Shown: positions 1 through 12,999, numbered from the stretch's first letter. The stretch is DNA of 64,000 nucleotides from Minutocellus sp. GHC0000111 (GCA_977018835.1 OZ361257.1:5208001-5272000), one strand, 5' to 3'. The notes: generated by a model not told the origin, from the letters alone. Translations and numbers: made by a program.

Positions 1-2438
1 AGATATGAGAATGCAAACATCCTGAGGGTCGAAGGACCGTAGCAAATCCTCGGCCATCGCTACCTGCTTCTCACTTTCGAATAAAACAAGCTTTGCTCTC
101 TCGGTAAGATTTTCATCCTGAATCTCCCCATCACATAATTCCTGGTAAAACTTTTCTTGTGCATGGCGATGTGCTTCGATGAAAGCGAGAGATCGATACA
201 CATCAAACCGTAGAGCTCTGTAGGACGCGGTGTTCCCTCTCTCACCGCGCTTGTACTCCTCCTTTCGAGGGCGGAGGATTCTCCTAGCGGCGAGATCCAT
301 TTTATCGATCCAAGCCACCTCGGCAATAGCGGTCGCTTCAAACCCTTGAAGCCCGTGGCCTCTGATGACAAGATCTGCGGCAAAATCTTAACTCTGCAAA
401 AGAGCGAAATATAAAGCACCATCTTCTTGGCGCGCATCAAGCTCTCCTTTCTCTACCTGCCTCTCAAACGATGCCCTCACCATATCAATGAAGGAGAGTC
501 GAAGTTCATTCGTCAGTTTGATAGAGTCTACTTCTCCTTCACCTTTGGGCTGCACGTGGTCATTCTCGTCAATATCGTAATCCCCAAGTCCATTGCTCAT
601 ATAGACATCTTCGGCGACTGAATGGCTGCTATATTCGTTAGCCCAAATTTTGTCGTCGTCATTTTCCTCTTCTGATTGGATGTATGATAGAACGTTTTTC
701 AGATGAGGGGCCTTGTACGATGATGCTGCGACCTTATCCTTGTTTCGTTCAACCGCTTTGCGAAGATCTTCAACAGTCAACTCTTTCAATTCTGGAACGT
801 GGTGTCTAATGACTGCAAAATCAGCATGTCGGAACTGCGATGTAAAAGAAGAAGCAAGATAGCATTTGAATGGATAAGCTTGTCACTTGAAGCATCAAAC
901 AATGAAACAAAAGATCATGACTCCTTCCCTCGCATACTCACGCGAGGATCCGTCAGGAGATGAACAAAGTCATCGAGCATTCGGTGATAGTATATGGTCT
1001 CAAATCGCTTTACCACACGTTCGCGTGTTTCCGTCGGCTTCGCAAGGCCGAGTCTTCTCAAGAGAGGTCCGGCGAGAGTACCATTAATCCATAGAGTGAG
1101 AAATGCTATTCCCCCAACATGGCCGAACAAGGTAGATGTGTTGTCTCGGGCAACGACATCCTCTTCCGTGGTTGCGGAAAATACCTCGTTGTCAAGAGAC
1201 ACTGCAAAAGCAATACCAACAGCACCTCTAAGACCCGAGTAGCTGACGAATAACGCCTCTTCCCAGCGCCAACCAAGGCCAATTCTCGATAAAAGAGGAT
1301 AGAAAACGGTCACAAGAAAGAATTGAATGACATTGATCAAAAGATAAAGCAAGAAGAGGAAACTCCAATCCTTGGAGTGAAATTTTGCAATGCGATCGTC
1401 CGAGTTGCTAATGGCATTTCCCCACACAATTCCTCCCAACGTGAACAGTACTGTGTTCAGAATGTGCTCAACCAAATGCCAAAACGATTCCATTAGTGAA
1501 CGTGAATTAATCATTCCTCCTCCGAAAGTTGCCGCCGTTATTCCTGTGAGTACAACACTTATGACACCGCTCATTCCAAGTGTGATCTCGGCAGTGTAGA
1601 AAGAAAGATACGCAACAGTAGCTGTAGTTGCCACCTGAACAACATTCTCTTCAAGATCAAGTCTTCTATTGAGATGGAATAGAAGGGCGACCAGACCAAG
1701 ACCAAAGGCGATACCAACCGCAGCACCCCCCAGGCTCATGCGAAAAAATAGAGCAAAACCCTCCGCAACAGAATAAGTTTCTCCCAGTCCAATCCCAAGC
1801 CCACGAAGCCAAATGTTTGAGAAGATCGTATAGAAAACAACTGCACTTCCATCGTTGAGCATGCTCTCCCCCGAAATGTGCATTTTCAATCGAGGTGGCG
1901 CCCCGACCTCTTTGAGAAGGGCGGCAACAGCAGCGGGATCTGTGGCAGATAGGATTGAACCAAACGTCATGCAAAGCATCCACGGCCAGTCATAAGGAAA
2001 GATGTAGAATGCCACGCATGCAGTCAATGTAGCACCTGCCAACACCATCGGAAAGGCCATTGTGATGAGCTGGCTGAAACTAACGCAAAAGAGGCGGAAA
2101 TTAACATCCAACGCGTCCCAAAAGAGCAAGCCGGGAAGAAAGATCAGTAGGATCAATTCGCCATTGATGTCGCTCCACAGGCTCATTGAGATGGTAAGTT
2201 GATCGGTGCGCCCAGAAAGAGACGCGCCAATACCCATCAGAGTTCCAATAAGGAACATGATGGCAGTGTAGGGAATTGTGTTGAAATATCTACTGGTAAC
2301 AAAGTAAACCATTGTCCCGATGGCCATCACAAACCAAGGGAAGAGGACTGCGTATGGGTCAACTTCCTCTTGATGGGGTGACGATGACATTTTGCCGATG
2401 GTGCCATACTCTTCCGCATCTTCGACCAGTAACATCAT
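1..2438 (-). CDS. CPA1 Na+/H+ antiporter, SOS1/NHX7-like; runs off the window start; in-frame TAA at 388-390 (possible pseudogene)
   Basis: Motifs FLPGLLF, GSILSATDPAAV, ISGESMLNDGSAVV, GLRGAVGIA. Intron 835-941 (GTGAGT...CAG) joins DPR|FRHADF. Past the TAA the same frame continues as ...YRSLAFIEAHRHAQEKF..., like the SOS1 cytosolic tail. Confidence 0.88.
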
Positions 2439-2791
2439 CTTTTCGCTTGCGTTCCGCGGGGTCAGAATGTGCTTTGTTGCTGTGGTGGCGCAAACGCAGT
2501 GGCCGCCACCAAGCTACTAGCTAGTATCCCCGGCTACAAGTACCACTTATTGGCTGATATGCTGAGAAAGATAAGAGCGAGAGCGAACATGCAGCATCTC
2601 ACTCGCGGGCTTTTGAATGCCGGGACCAACAGAATTCATGGAGGCGCTCTACTACTAGCTACGTAGCTAGTACGTAGATCTAAATGCCCCACAATTCGCC
2701 CGCAGCACTGAGAGAGGACGACGAGTGAGGCAAAAGTCTGCAAAGCTCTATGATGACTAAAATGCAATGATCTATATAGAAAGGTATTGCT

Positions 2792-3904
2792 CTATGCACT
2801 TTCTACAGCCTCCTCATCGGTCTTCTTCTTCTTTTTCTTGCGCCTCTTCTTGTTCCCCCGCTCAAAGGCCGCAATGGAAAGATCGGCAAGACGATCCTTC
2901 TCCTCCTGTGCTGCCTTGGCAGCTCTCTCCGCGGGCGTAAGACCAGCATCCATTGCTTTAATAGCAACACCGGCCACATGCGGAACAATGACAAGATCAA
3001 CATCATCCGATCCAATTTCATCAAACACGGGGTATCGGACGTCGTCCTCATCGCTTTCAGGTGCCAATTCGTCATCTTCACCGACCCTCATCGTGTACAA
3101 GTTCTGAACGTAGTCCAAATAGTTCACCCCATCGATATTGGTGGCTTCGGTGAAGAGCAGTCTTCCACCAGGCTTGAGAACACGGGCTGCCTCCTGGACG
3201 GACTTCTTCCAGTCGAGACCATTATCCCTCATCCTTTCCGCAGCCTGGAGACTGATCACAATATCGACGGATTCATCAGCAACTTCCGTCAAATCATCCG
3301 CCCTCTGGTCCTCATATTGGATCGTTGCCGCCTTACGCCTATCGGCCTGCTGCTTGAGCTGCCTTCTTGCAGTCACAGTAAGCTTACCATCCGATTCAGC
3401 AGACGACGTGATAAGCGTGCGAATCGTCTTGGGTATGAACGTCACTGCATTTTGCATTGTTTAGTGGAATAATGTTGGGTATTCAGATTACAAGCAAGAA
3501 AATGGAAATGTAGAATATAATTGTGCATTCGCGATACGAAGCATGGCCATTGTCGGCCCCGCCAATTGACGAAAATGATCATTGGACTTACCGGCACGGC
3601 CATCTTCGGTACCAAGTTGAAGACAAACATCTGCCGATCGGGGAGTCTGGTTCGTGCAAAGCGCGGCTGAGATCCATTCCGTTCGCAGATATGTGACCAA
3701 ATCGAGACCCATGCGCAGACCTGTTGTCGGTGGGCGGACGGGACTTGAGGTCTTGGGCCCTGCAACAACAGCGGAGGGAGACTGCGTGAAGGTACCACGA
3801 GAGAGAGACGATGGGACGAAGGCACTGGAACGAGCAACTGTTGCCGCCAAAAGAAGCCAGATCAGCGCCACTCGCCGACAGGAACTATCATCGGCCTTTG
3901 CCAT
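2792..3904 (-). CDS. Plastid-targeted class I SAM-dependent methyltransferase-like protein (2 exons)
   Basis: Signal peptide then SSAFVPSS (ASAFAP-type leader). Intron 3445-3591 joins DGRA|VTFIP. Motifs ADESVDIVIS and EAARVLKPGGRLLF. Confidence 0.8.
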
Positions 3905-4291
3905 ATTGATCCTTGCTGTAGGGGGTGGGTGGGACTTTGCTTGGATATGGCTTTTGCGCCGTCTTTGCTCCGGTAACGGGCACGTGCGTTGTTCGCCTCG
4001 AAATGCCGAGAGGCGAAATGCAAAACGAAGATGAGGTCAAGAAACCCGGAGGTGACGAAAGGCCGACACGAGCTCTGACACGTCACCGCAGCTTCAAGCA
4101 GTTTGACGAGCACTGAGAGGTTAACAAAATGAAGTGCAATGTCTGTATTATTTTACTCCCCAAAGAAGCGTCCAATGCACTGAAAGAAGTGGTACAGCCA
4201 TGGTCAGACCTCGGTGGATCAATCAAATCATATGAAAAAGCCTGGTTTAGCTGTTAAGGGTTTTGGCTCTTGTGAGAAGACAACGCCTCTA

Positions 4292-5790
4292 GAGTGATTT
4301 CACGAGAGAGCAGACACCCCCTCCGCGATGTTTCGTAAACATTGTACCAACTTCCTTTTATTGATGATCCTTACTCAGAAGGGTATTGTAGACCATAATC
4401 AACAATAAAAGGAAGTTGGTACAATGATCTTGGTGCTCTTTTAGCACATGATATAGATACGGTATTAGAGTGTTTCTTTTGGTACACTATTGTTTGAAAA
4501 TTTATTTTTATGTCGTAGAATACACTTGTGCTGTTTCAAGAAAGAAAAAATACATCAAACTTTATAACGAAACAAAACCCATTTCGTTCAACGAATGGGG
4601 CCACAACATGTGTCGCCGACGTGCCTCCCATTGAGAACAATCAAGACTACGGGGCACCATACCCTTGTAATAGCCTTTCACAACACTGTGGTGCAGCAGG
4701 AGACTTGCAATTACTTTTTTGAGCCTTGAAAAATTCGTTCGCGTTAGACCCGATTTTTTCGACAGTTTCCGACGTTCCATCACGACCATGTTCGCCCGAT
4801 GTACAGCACCACCCCGGCCATCGCATACACTCTGACCACCTAGATGCCTTCCTGAATATTACTGGAAGGGATTTTTGGGCGATAGCGGTGCGTCGGTGCG
4901 TGCCTGTACCGCGAAATGTGGCCCAGCGCCATTACCACCCCCATTACACCACCCATCCGAAAGTTGGTCCGGATGCTTTTATGCGGTCCATGCACCACTT
5001 CCGTTGCACTGAGCCGTCGACGCTTCACCCATATATATACCAAGCGCATTTGAGTGGGGGGTGGTGGCATTTCTTGACAATTCATAGAGAAAACTATTCC
5101 CAAAGTCCCGTGTCTGATGTCGGCACCAGATTTCACCTTCATTGCTTCTGCCGCCCGAGAGGAACGAAACCGGAGAAAGCGGCCAAACCAACACGTGAGA
5201 TCGATGGATGTAATATAGAATGAGCATCGTGCGTGCTGATATTGCGTGAAGGAACAGTGGTTGAGGCTTGAAGGGGGTTGTAGTTGGGGATTTGCTACTT
5301 TCAGATGTTTTTGCTTTCCATGGTGACGGCCACAATGATACAAAGATGGGGCCCAATATCGACCCTCTGGCGCAAACTTGCTCCCAATATTACCCAAGTG
5401 AAAGTAATGCCGGTCAGGGAGGATTGAAATGGATGTAGACAAGCATCAGCCATCATTCTTTGCCATTTTGAGGGTAAAAAAATATTGAAAATTTCTGGGC
5501 ATGAGGAGATGTTGCTAAAATAGCACATGATGTACGAATGAGTTTGCTTTCAAGCATGCAATACTCACCTAACGCATGTAGTTGGCGTATACATCGGTTG
5601 GCTTGGAGTTATTTATCGTTATACCATCATTTGGTGGCCTTCTTGTGGAGATGAATTCTCCTTGCTTTCGCCGTGTTGAGAGAGGCCATTTAGTGGGTTC
5701 ATTTTTGCGCTGCATAAAGTATCGCACAAAAAAATTTCTTAGTGCCTTACTATTTACGGCGATTTTGTCGGCGGTCTCGTGGAATCACTC
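4292..5790. mobile_element. Non-autonomous DNA transposon, 1499 bp, copy 1 (termini GAGTGATT(T/C)CACGAGA)
   Basis: 16-bp TIRs. Near-identical inverted copy at 29991-31489. Flanks TCTA / TTTA do not match. Internal hairpin at about 4341-4425. No convincing ORF. Confidence 0.92.
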
Positions 5791-7114
5791 TTTAAAAGTT
5801 CCGCATGGAATTTGACAGAGTTGCACGACGAGAAAAACACCTGCGAAATGACAGTTCATCGAAGGTCATGAGGTTAGAACGTGCAAAGTTTTCATTTATA
5901 TCTATTCGCGATATGACGAGAAAATACTGGCCAAAAAATGACGTATGTGTGCACTTACCATGACTTTCTTATTCTTGTTCTTCTTCAGGAAAGTAAAGAG
6001 TAAGAGAAATCGTAACTCAGAGGGAACGGTGACATAACCCTGTTCTAGTCCAGCAGCGGTGGCCATCCCAGTTTCGCTAGGAACCTCGACGTAAACTGCT
6101 TTCCCCTTGTCAATGCTGACCCGGGGCAAGTCTTCGACCTTCTTGGTCTGTGTGGCACTAAAAAGCATGGTCTGCCTATCCTTGGGAAGAATACGTATGA
6201 TAGCCCTAAGGTCGTCTTCAAATCCCTGCTCGAGGATACGATCTGCCTCGTCCATGACGAAAGCCAACAAATTGCGAAAGACAAAGCCCTTGGTATTCTG
6301 CAGATGGTCCAAAAGCCGTCCTGGCGTTGCGATCAGAATATTTACACCCTTGGCGAGACGCTCTGCCTCCGTCCGGCGGTTAGCACCACCCATGATGAGG
6401 CCATACGTCTGGCGATGCTTGCCCTCGGTAATGACGTCTTTGCAGACACCGTAGATTTGCCTGCCAAACGAAGACAGAAGGAGTAAAAGAGGAAAGGTGA
6501 GTCCTGATGCTGGACAAACAGCTATCAATAAGTTACGCATCCACGTCAGTACTAGTAATATCCAACACACACAAAGATGCTCACATTGCCAATTCTCTAG
6601 TCGGTGATATGATGATGACGCCCGTTCCATTCCTCGAGCCAAACGATGCCTTGTGCAAGAGCTCTATACATGGGATGAGAAAGGCAAGAGTCTTTCCCGA
6701 ACCGGTCTTTGCAGCACCGATAAGGTCTTTCCCGGAGAGAAGAGGCGGGATGGCCATTGACTGGATTTGGGTAAGGCGAGTGAATCCCAGCTTGGACAGA
6801 GCGGTCTGGGTATTGTCCGACAGAGGTAAGGCGGCGAACCTGTCCTCACCCTCGGTCGAGTAGAAGTTGGGTTTCTCCCCTTCGTCAGTCACAGCTGTAT
6901 TCGCATGCGCATGCTTCTTCTTGTTAGCTGTGTGCGTGGTAGCATTTCCATCATTCGCCGTCTTGGCACGTTTGGTGTTCTGCTGGTTACGAGAAGCATC
7001 CTCACTGCTCTCGCTCTCGCCATCGCTCCTACTTGTAGCGGACGACACACTTTCCGCTACACTCTCATCTTCACTGTCACTGGCATCGGATGATTCAACT
7101 TTCCTCTTGCTCAT
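5791..7114 (-). pseudogene. HAS1: DEAD-box RNA helicase HAS1/DDX18, 5' half only, truncated by transposon
   Basis: [39 protein letters not shown] motifs. Introns 6461-6584 and 5841-5958. Exon 3 VFFSSCNSVKFHAELL runs directly into the element at 5790; no helicase C-domain on the far side. Confidence 0.88.
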
Positions 7115-7196
7115 GGTGGTTGGTGGTGAGGTATTACGGGCAGTAATACTTTAGTTGCTGAAAAATGAGAAAGCATGTCGAACGAATGGTTGGTGT

Positions 7197-7269
7197 GGCT
7201 CGACTCCTCGACTCGACTCGACTGACTCGACTCGACTGACTCGACTCGACTGACTCGACTCACTCGACT
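7197..7269. repeat. (GACTC/GACT)n micro/minisatellite upstream of HAS1
   Basis: gactcgactcgactgactcgactcgactgactc... read directly. Confidence 0.85.
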
Positions 7270-7447
7270 ACGGTAGCCAAAGAAAAATTGCTCCTTGCTT
7301 GCTGCTTGGCGCGAACTCGCTCGTTGCCTCGTTGCGTGACATTCAGTCGCCTACTGCGGCCCCATCCTCGGGTCTTGGGTACAAGCGTTTGCGCTTCTAC
7401 CAGATGTTTCCTCGCCGGACTTAGTTCCGGGTTCCCACGCGTTGCAA

Positions 7448-9011
7448 GAGTTGGTCCCATTTTAGGTGAGAGGCACACTTCCTACAGGAAGAAGGACATT
7501 GGAGATTTTGCTAACTTCGCTCGCATTGTCGGGCCCTCGACGGACGACGGAAAGACCGTCGTTCATCCATTTTTTCTCCCGAACGAAGCTCACCATGGTG
7601 ACCCCCGCTCCTGACCGCTACACATTTGCAAGGCAAGACATGGGCATTCTCGAGGCTGGCCGATGCCACTGCGCTGCTACTCACATGCGAAAGTTTCAGC
7701 TTCATTGGACTGTTATTGCATGAGAAAATATAATTCAAAACAATCAACCTGTGTTTGAGCAAGCGAAAAAGGGCCGCGGATGAGAAGTGACACCAAGAGA
7801 GCCACAGTCGCCCAATCGACCCAGAATTGCAGAGACACACGCCTGAGATGTGCATGAAAATGTTTACAAAAAAAAAACTTGTTTGGTGGTTGATTGTTGT
7901 GTTTTTGATTCGCATCCGCCCCGGAATCGGCCGCCAATGAGAGAAAAAATTTCGTCCGGCGTCGTCGTTTTTCTCGCGAAACTTTGCCCCCACCAAACAC
8001 ATGTTGTGCTTGGAATTTTTGAGCTGCGCCTTCGATGCCACATTTCTACACAGGGTGTCTAGTCTAGATGTGTGGCATTTGCTCAGAATTCTCGATTCTC
8101 GAGTTGGTCCAGCTAGCTTTAGGTGAGCCGCTCGACCCAAAAACTGGACATTCGTCTTTCCGTCGTCCGTGTTTCCAACACGGCGAAGTGCGGGAAAAGT
8201 CGCAATTTCCTGCCGGACCAACTTTTCCCCCTGAAACATGGCAAAAAGACTTGATCGAGCCGGCCTGACTCGCTTACGTCCCCACTCTAGACACATTCAA
8301 GGTTGGGGACATCGAAGGTCCGGCTCGAAAATTCCGCACACAGGCTGAGCTGTCGAGGGGGGAAAATCACGCAAAAAAAACGATGACGACGCACGAAAAT
8401 TTGCTCTCATTGGCGGCCGATTCGGGGGCGGATACGAACAAAAACCACAACAATCAACCACACAAACATTTTCATGCATGTGTCTTGGGCGCGTGTGTCT
8501 CTGCAATTCTGGGTGGATTGGGCGGCTGTGGCTCTCACGGCATCACTTCTCATCCGCGGCCCTTTTTCGCGTGCTCGAACACAGGTTGATTGTTTTGATT
8601 TATATTTTCTCACACAACAGCATGCCAATCAAGCTGAAACTTTCGCATGCGTAGCGCAATGGTGTCGGCCAGCCTCGGGAATGCCCATGTCTTGCCTTGC
8701 AAATGTGTAGCGGCCAGGAGCGGGGGTCACCATGATGAGCTTCGTTCGGGAGAAAAAATGGACGGACGTCGGTCTTTCCGTCGTCCGACAACGCGAGTGA
8801 AGTTAGCAAAATCTCCAATGTCCTGAAGTGCCTCACCTAAACTGGGATCAACTCTCTCCCATTCATTCCAGAGAGATTCTTGGGGGGGCAAACGTCGGCC
8901 GGACGGCGAGTTTCGCGCTTTCCCATGCTTCGCCGCGTTGAAATCACGGTCGACGGAAAGGCGAATGTCCAGATTTTGGGTCGAGCGGCTCACCTAAAGC
9001 TGGACCAACTC
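7448..9011. mobile_element. Non-autonomous TIR element A (GAGTTGGTCC...TTTAGGTGAG termini) carrying a nested relative
   Basis: Left end gagttggtcccattttaggtgag, right end ctcacctaaagctggaccaactc. Flanks gcaa / (tc)gcaa. Interior is homologous, inverted, to nested element B. Confidence 0.8.
8101..8854. mobile_element. Element B, same family as A, nested in opposite orientation, 4-bp TSD TCTC
   Basis: tctc|gagttggtccagc ... gggatcaactc|tctc. 8310-8830 is a diverged reverse complement of 7495-8040. Confidence 0.82.
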
Positions 9012-9810
9012 TCGCAATTGTTTTGTGCCACGCCTTCTTTGTTTGATTGAGAACAACTAACTGAACTGTGTTCGTCGTTCTTCACATCTTTCTTTCTTCT
9101 TTGATCCTGTCCTTTGACAGCTTTAATTGCTAACATGCTGTTGAGTGTAGTCGTGCGGAGAGCCATCTACCGCTGGTGCCGTGTGTCGGTCATCAAGTTG
9201 CTCTTCTTCTCTCTCTCACACACTGAGTCGTGGTGGCGGCGGCGGCACACTCTTCTCAAAGAACGAGAGACTTGGGTGCGACGGTGGAGGCTTGGGATGG
9301 CCTGGAGTCCACCAAAAGATTGCTTTGGCCTGCGTTCAGGCCCACGGGACAGCAAGGCGGGTAATTGAAGCAAATGGTGATGGTGTGTGGTGTGGTGGTT
9401 GGTTGGTTTCCCCTCCTCCTCCTGCCTGCCTGCTCTCAGTGTCGTCGGTGGATCGCCTGATGCCTCACACGTGGGCACCTTCGGGCAGACACTTCCTCCT
9501 TCTGGCGTCAAAAATCCCCCTAACATGGTCGCAACACATGTATAATTTAAGTGTGTTAGAATGTTTAGAATTAGTTTACATTCGGCACAGGTTAACTGCA
9601 TTGGCGTGAATTGGCCCGTTTTGGCAGGTTGGGTCTGTTTTTGGTGCCGCCGTTGACATCGAGGCGTGATTTTTTGGTCCCGGACGTCCGTCAGTTTTGC
9701 GCGCAATGGACCCTCGCAACGTTACGTTTGATGCATGAAGCGGAAACGCCTTCGGCGCTTCATGCACATGCATTCATGCACCTGATGACAAAAAAAACGA
9801 CCTCAACACC

Positions 9811-10406
9811 ATGAAGTTCATCGAATCGCAAGAAGAGTGGTCGGCACTGATGGAAGAAAGCAAGTCGAAGCTCGTCGTGGTAGATTTTACTGCGAGTTGG
9901 TGCGGGTAAGTTGGTAAAAAACGTCGCACGTGAGGATCCATTATTCGCGCTCGCGATGTTGGTGTTGTTAGGACAACACAAACAAACACTGCTCACTAGT
10001 AGCTAGAGCTACGTAGCTAGCTACGCTGTATCTTCTAGTAAGAGAATGGATAGTGTTAACAAGCTATTGTCAATGAAGGTCTTTATGCTCACTTGCAGAA
10101 GCAAAAAGAGGGGTTGATGCTGGGACGTGCCATGTGGCAAACTCACCACCAAGTTTATCTTTTTTTCTTCCTCTCTACACCACCAGACCTTGTCAGATGA
10201 TTGGGCCAGTTTTCGAGAAGATGGCATCGGAAAACCCCGACATCACCTTTGTCAAAGTGGATGTGGACGACAGCGAGGAAATCGCTGCGGCTTGCGGTAT
10301 TTCTGCCATGCCGACGTTCCAATTCTTCCAAGGGGGAGTGAAGATTGACGAATTCAGAGGCGCAAATACCGCGCAACTCCAGGCTCTCGTGGCCAAATAC
10401 AAGTAG
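9811..10406 (+). CDS. Thioredoxin (WCGPC), 2 exons
   Basis: MKFIESQEEW...VVDFTASWCG, intron 9906-10186, then PCQMIGPVFEKMA...MPTFQFF. Confidence 0.95.
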
Positions 10407-10859
10407 ATCTCTAGGAGGGAATACTTTACATGTACACAAAAGCATGTTTCGCCAAAGATTTTGCCTCAGAAGGTGGTCTTTTCTGCCGATGCAAAATGAA
10501 TAAAGCAGTCGATGAATGGAGGAATTTCTATATAAACGATGGGAAATGGTGTAAAACAAAATAATTGCCAATCAACTCTTGCACTTCTTTATACATACAG
10601 ACAGGTGAACACCATTATTTGCTCGTACAAATTGCATCATTGCCGTACATACATATAATATATTTTTTTAGTGTTGCTACGCAGTAAATTAATTCAATTT
10701 GTCGACACGCCGGTGTGCCACGCTATCCCAACACCAATGCAAAAGAATTAAGATTAGCCCGTCGGGAATCAATGGAAGAGAGTACCGTCAACTTTTGGCG
10801 GCTTGTACCGGTACTAAATATCCAACTAAAAGATTTGCCGCCACGAGCATACATCGCAC

Positions 10860-11594
10860 CTAGTAGTACATCATCGGTGCACCAACTTGGGGTGCGGGGA
10901 CTTTGGCGGCAGCCTGGTATGGCAAAAAGTAACGGGTGGTCGTGTAGTGCTTTCCTGACTGTTCGTCGTGCGTCGAAAGGGTCTGAACCATGACTGGACC
11001 ATACTCCGATTGTTCCATGGATCGCATGTCCAAGAGGTTGATCGCCGACGTTCCGCTTGTGGGGAGCCGAACCTCGACCCGGATGTGTGACATGTCGTGA
11101 CTTCGGGCCAAAGTGGTCTTTGAATGCTCCCCACCGCCACGCATCGCTTCGGCCTTGACCATGCCGAGCATGACATCCGTGGCCATTTCCATCTTTCCGC
11201 TTCTTGGGTTGTACTTCATCACGGTTAGAGTGGTTGGGGTCAGATGTATCTCGTGCACGACGTCGTAAGTTTGGTCGATTTTGTCCTGCTCGTCCACGAG
11301 GGCTTTGTCGACGCCCATAGCCTCCAAGTGTCCACGCATCATGGGCTGACCGCGACTCTTGTCCAGGATCCAAGTTCCGTTGAGACTAAGGGGGGGAGGC
11401 ATGTGGTGCTGATGAGCTCCGAAGTAAAAACCGCTGGCGGCTGCGGCGGCAGCACCAAGGTCAGCGCCACCACCAAAAGCGTCGGCACCTCCGACTCGAG
11501 CGCCGGGATAACCCGAAGCGGCAGCGGCGGGCGGCTGTCCGCCCACACCAGGGGCGGGCGTGGTATTTTGCGCGTTGTTCTGGTTACCAGACAT
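10860..11594 (-). CDS. Hypothetical protein, low-complexity N-terminus plus possible calycin/FABP-like beta-barrel
   Basis: Intact ORF; SLNGTWILDK (GxW motif) and terminal TTRYF strand; start taken at MSGNQ. Confidence 0.6.
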   Translation of the reverse strand: MSGNQNNAQNTTPAPGVGGQPPAAAASGYPGARVGGADAFGGGADLGAAAAAASGFYFGAHQHHMPPPLSLNGTWILDKSRGQPMMRGHLEAMGVDKALVDEQDKIDQTYDVVHEIHLTPTTLTVMKYNPRSGKMEMATDVMLGMVKAEAMRGGGEHSKTTLARSHDMSHIRVEVRLPTSGTSAINLLDMRSMEQSEYGPVMVQTLSTHDEQSGKHYTTTRYFLPYQAAAKVPAPQVGAPMMYY

Positions 11595-12219
11595 CCCGAT
11601 CGAAACGGAAAACAGCAACAACTATTACTACTACGACGACGAGTCAGCGCAGATTCGAGCGGCAATTTCAAGTACCTAGGCCTAGGTATGAATTCCTACA
11701 GTTGTACTAAGCACCTCGTAGCCGCGGCCGCCCGCCGCCGCGCCCTCATCATCACACGCAAACGTTTCCTGGCTGTTTGTTCTCCAATTGACATTCTTTA
11801 CTACGTCATAAAGAAGTGGTGGTGGTGGTGTCGTCCCGCTAAGCACATGTACCTAGGTAATAGCTTAAATCTATTTGAACAAAAATCCAAAGAGAGCCAC
11901 ATTCATAGAACATTTAGCCGTCACCTGCATCAATAAAGAAGTATTGAATTCAGAAATTTGCTTTTGCTTGCTTTTGAAGGTGGAACGGTCTTTCGACTGT
12001 TAGGGTGTTAGTGAGTTGCGTGACCGCCGAAGCACCGACCGGTAGATCTATGTGGTGCCTAGGCACATGTAATAATGCATATGTAAAGCGGGGAGGGACT
12101 GTAGACTCCTAGACTAGATCTATTGCTTATTCTTCTACAAATGTTTACAATCTACATGTGTAGATCTAGGAATTCTAGATCTGGCTAGATCTACCTAGAT
12201 CTAGTCTAGCACATGTGTA

Positions 12220-12511
12220 GAGCGTTTCCACGAGACCGCCGACAAAATCACTGTAAATAGCCACTAGAAAATATTTTTATGCGCAATTTTTTGTGGCGAC
12301 AAAAATGAAGCCACTAATTCGACCCCAAAAATCTCGGATCCAAACACAGTGACTTGTTAGTAAAGTACCCCGAGAACATTGTGCCAAAGTAATTTTATTG
12401 TTGATTATGCTCTACAACATCCTTCTAAGCAGTAATCAGCAATAAAATTACTTTGGCACAATGTTTACGAAACATCGCGGAGGGGGTGTCGGCTCTCTCG
12501 TGGAAACGCTC
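12220..12511. mobile_element. 292-bp MITE related to the 1499-bp element, TSD TGTA
   Basis: Perfect TIR GAGCGTTTCCACGAGA; subterminal sequence matches both ends of the 1499-bp element. Confidence 0.88.
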
Positions 12512-12537
12512 TGTAGGTACTTACATGTACCGGTACA

Positions 12538-12999
12538 CAGTCAGTCGGTCCGTCCCCATCTGCTCTTTATGGAAGGATATTTCATATCATGGTTTGAGAC
12601 CTCAAATATTTGCCACTGACAAGGATAGTCAGACCTCAGCTTTGCTAATATCCTTATTTTTTCTCTCATGGCAGGTCATGGGGCGTCAACATCACCAAGG
12701 CTATTTTCATCACTGTCCAAGACTTTGGCGGGGAGGACGCCTCCTACTTCCACAGGAGGATTTTAAGGAGCTTCTGGATGGATGGTGACGACGAGGCTTC
12801 TCTTGAACTGGAGAGGTTTGTATGTAATGTGGGCGAAAGCTTCGTAGTTGCTCTCCTAAGACCTATTTTTGCTACATGGTGTTGCCACATCATGTCAAAT
12901 GAGAATATATCCTAAGTTGAGACCTCAGATTTTGCTTCGTGATAAGGATTTTCAGACCTCAGGTCCCAAATGGATATCCTTATAGATGGGGACGGACTG
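12538..12999. mobile_element. CAGTC-family MITE (Tc1/mariner-like, TA-flanked)
   Basis: gtccgtccccatct ... agatggggacggactg|ta; repeated gagacctca motif; homologous to 20321-20859 and 24781-25265. Confidence 0.85.

Noticed and set aside
4528..5815. ORFs of 125-200 aa inside the 1499-bp element (and mirrored at 30253-31253)
   Set aside because: No recognisable motifs; they overlap on both strands; their identity between copies just reflects recent duplication.
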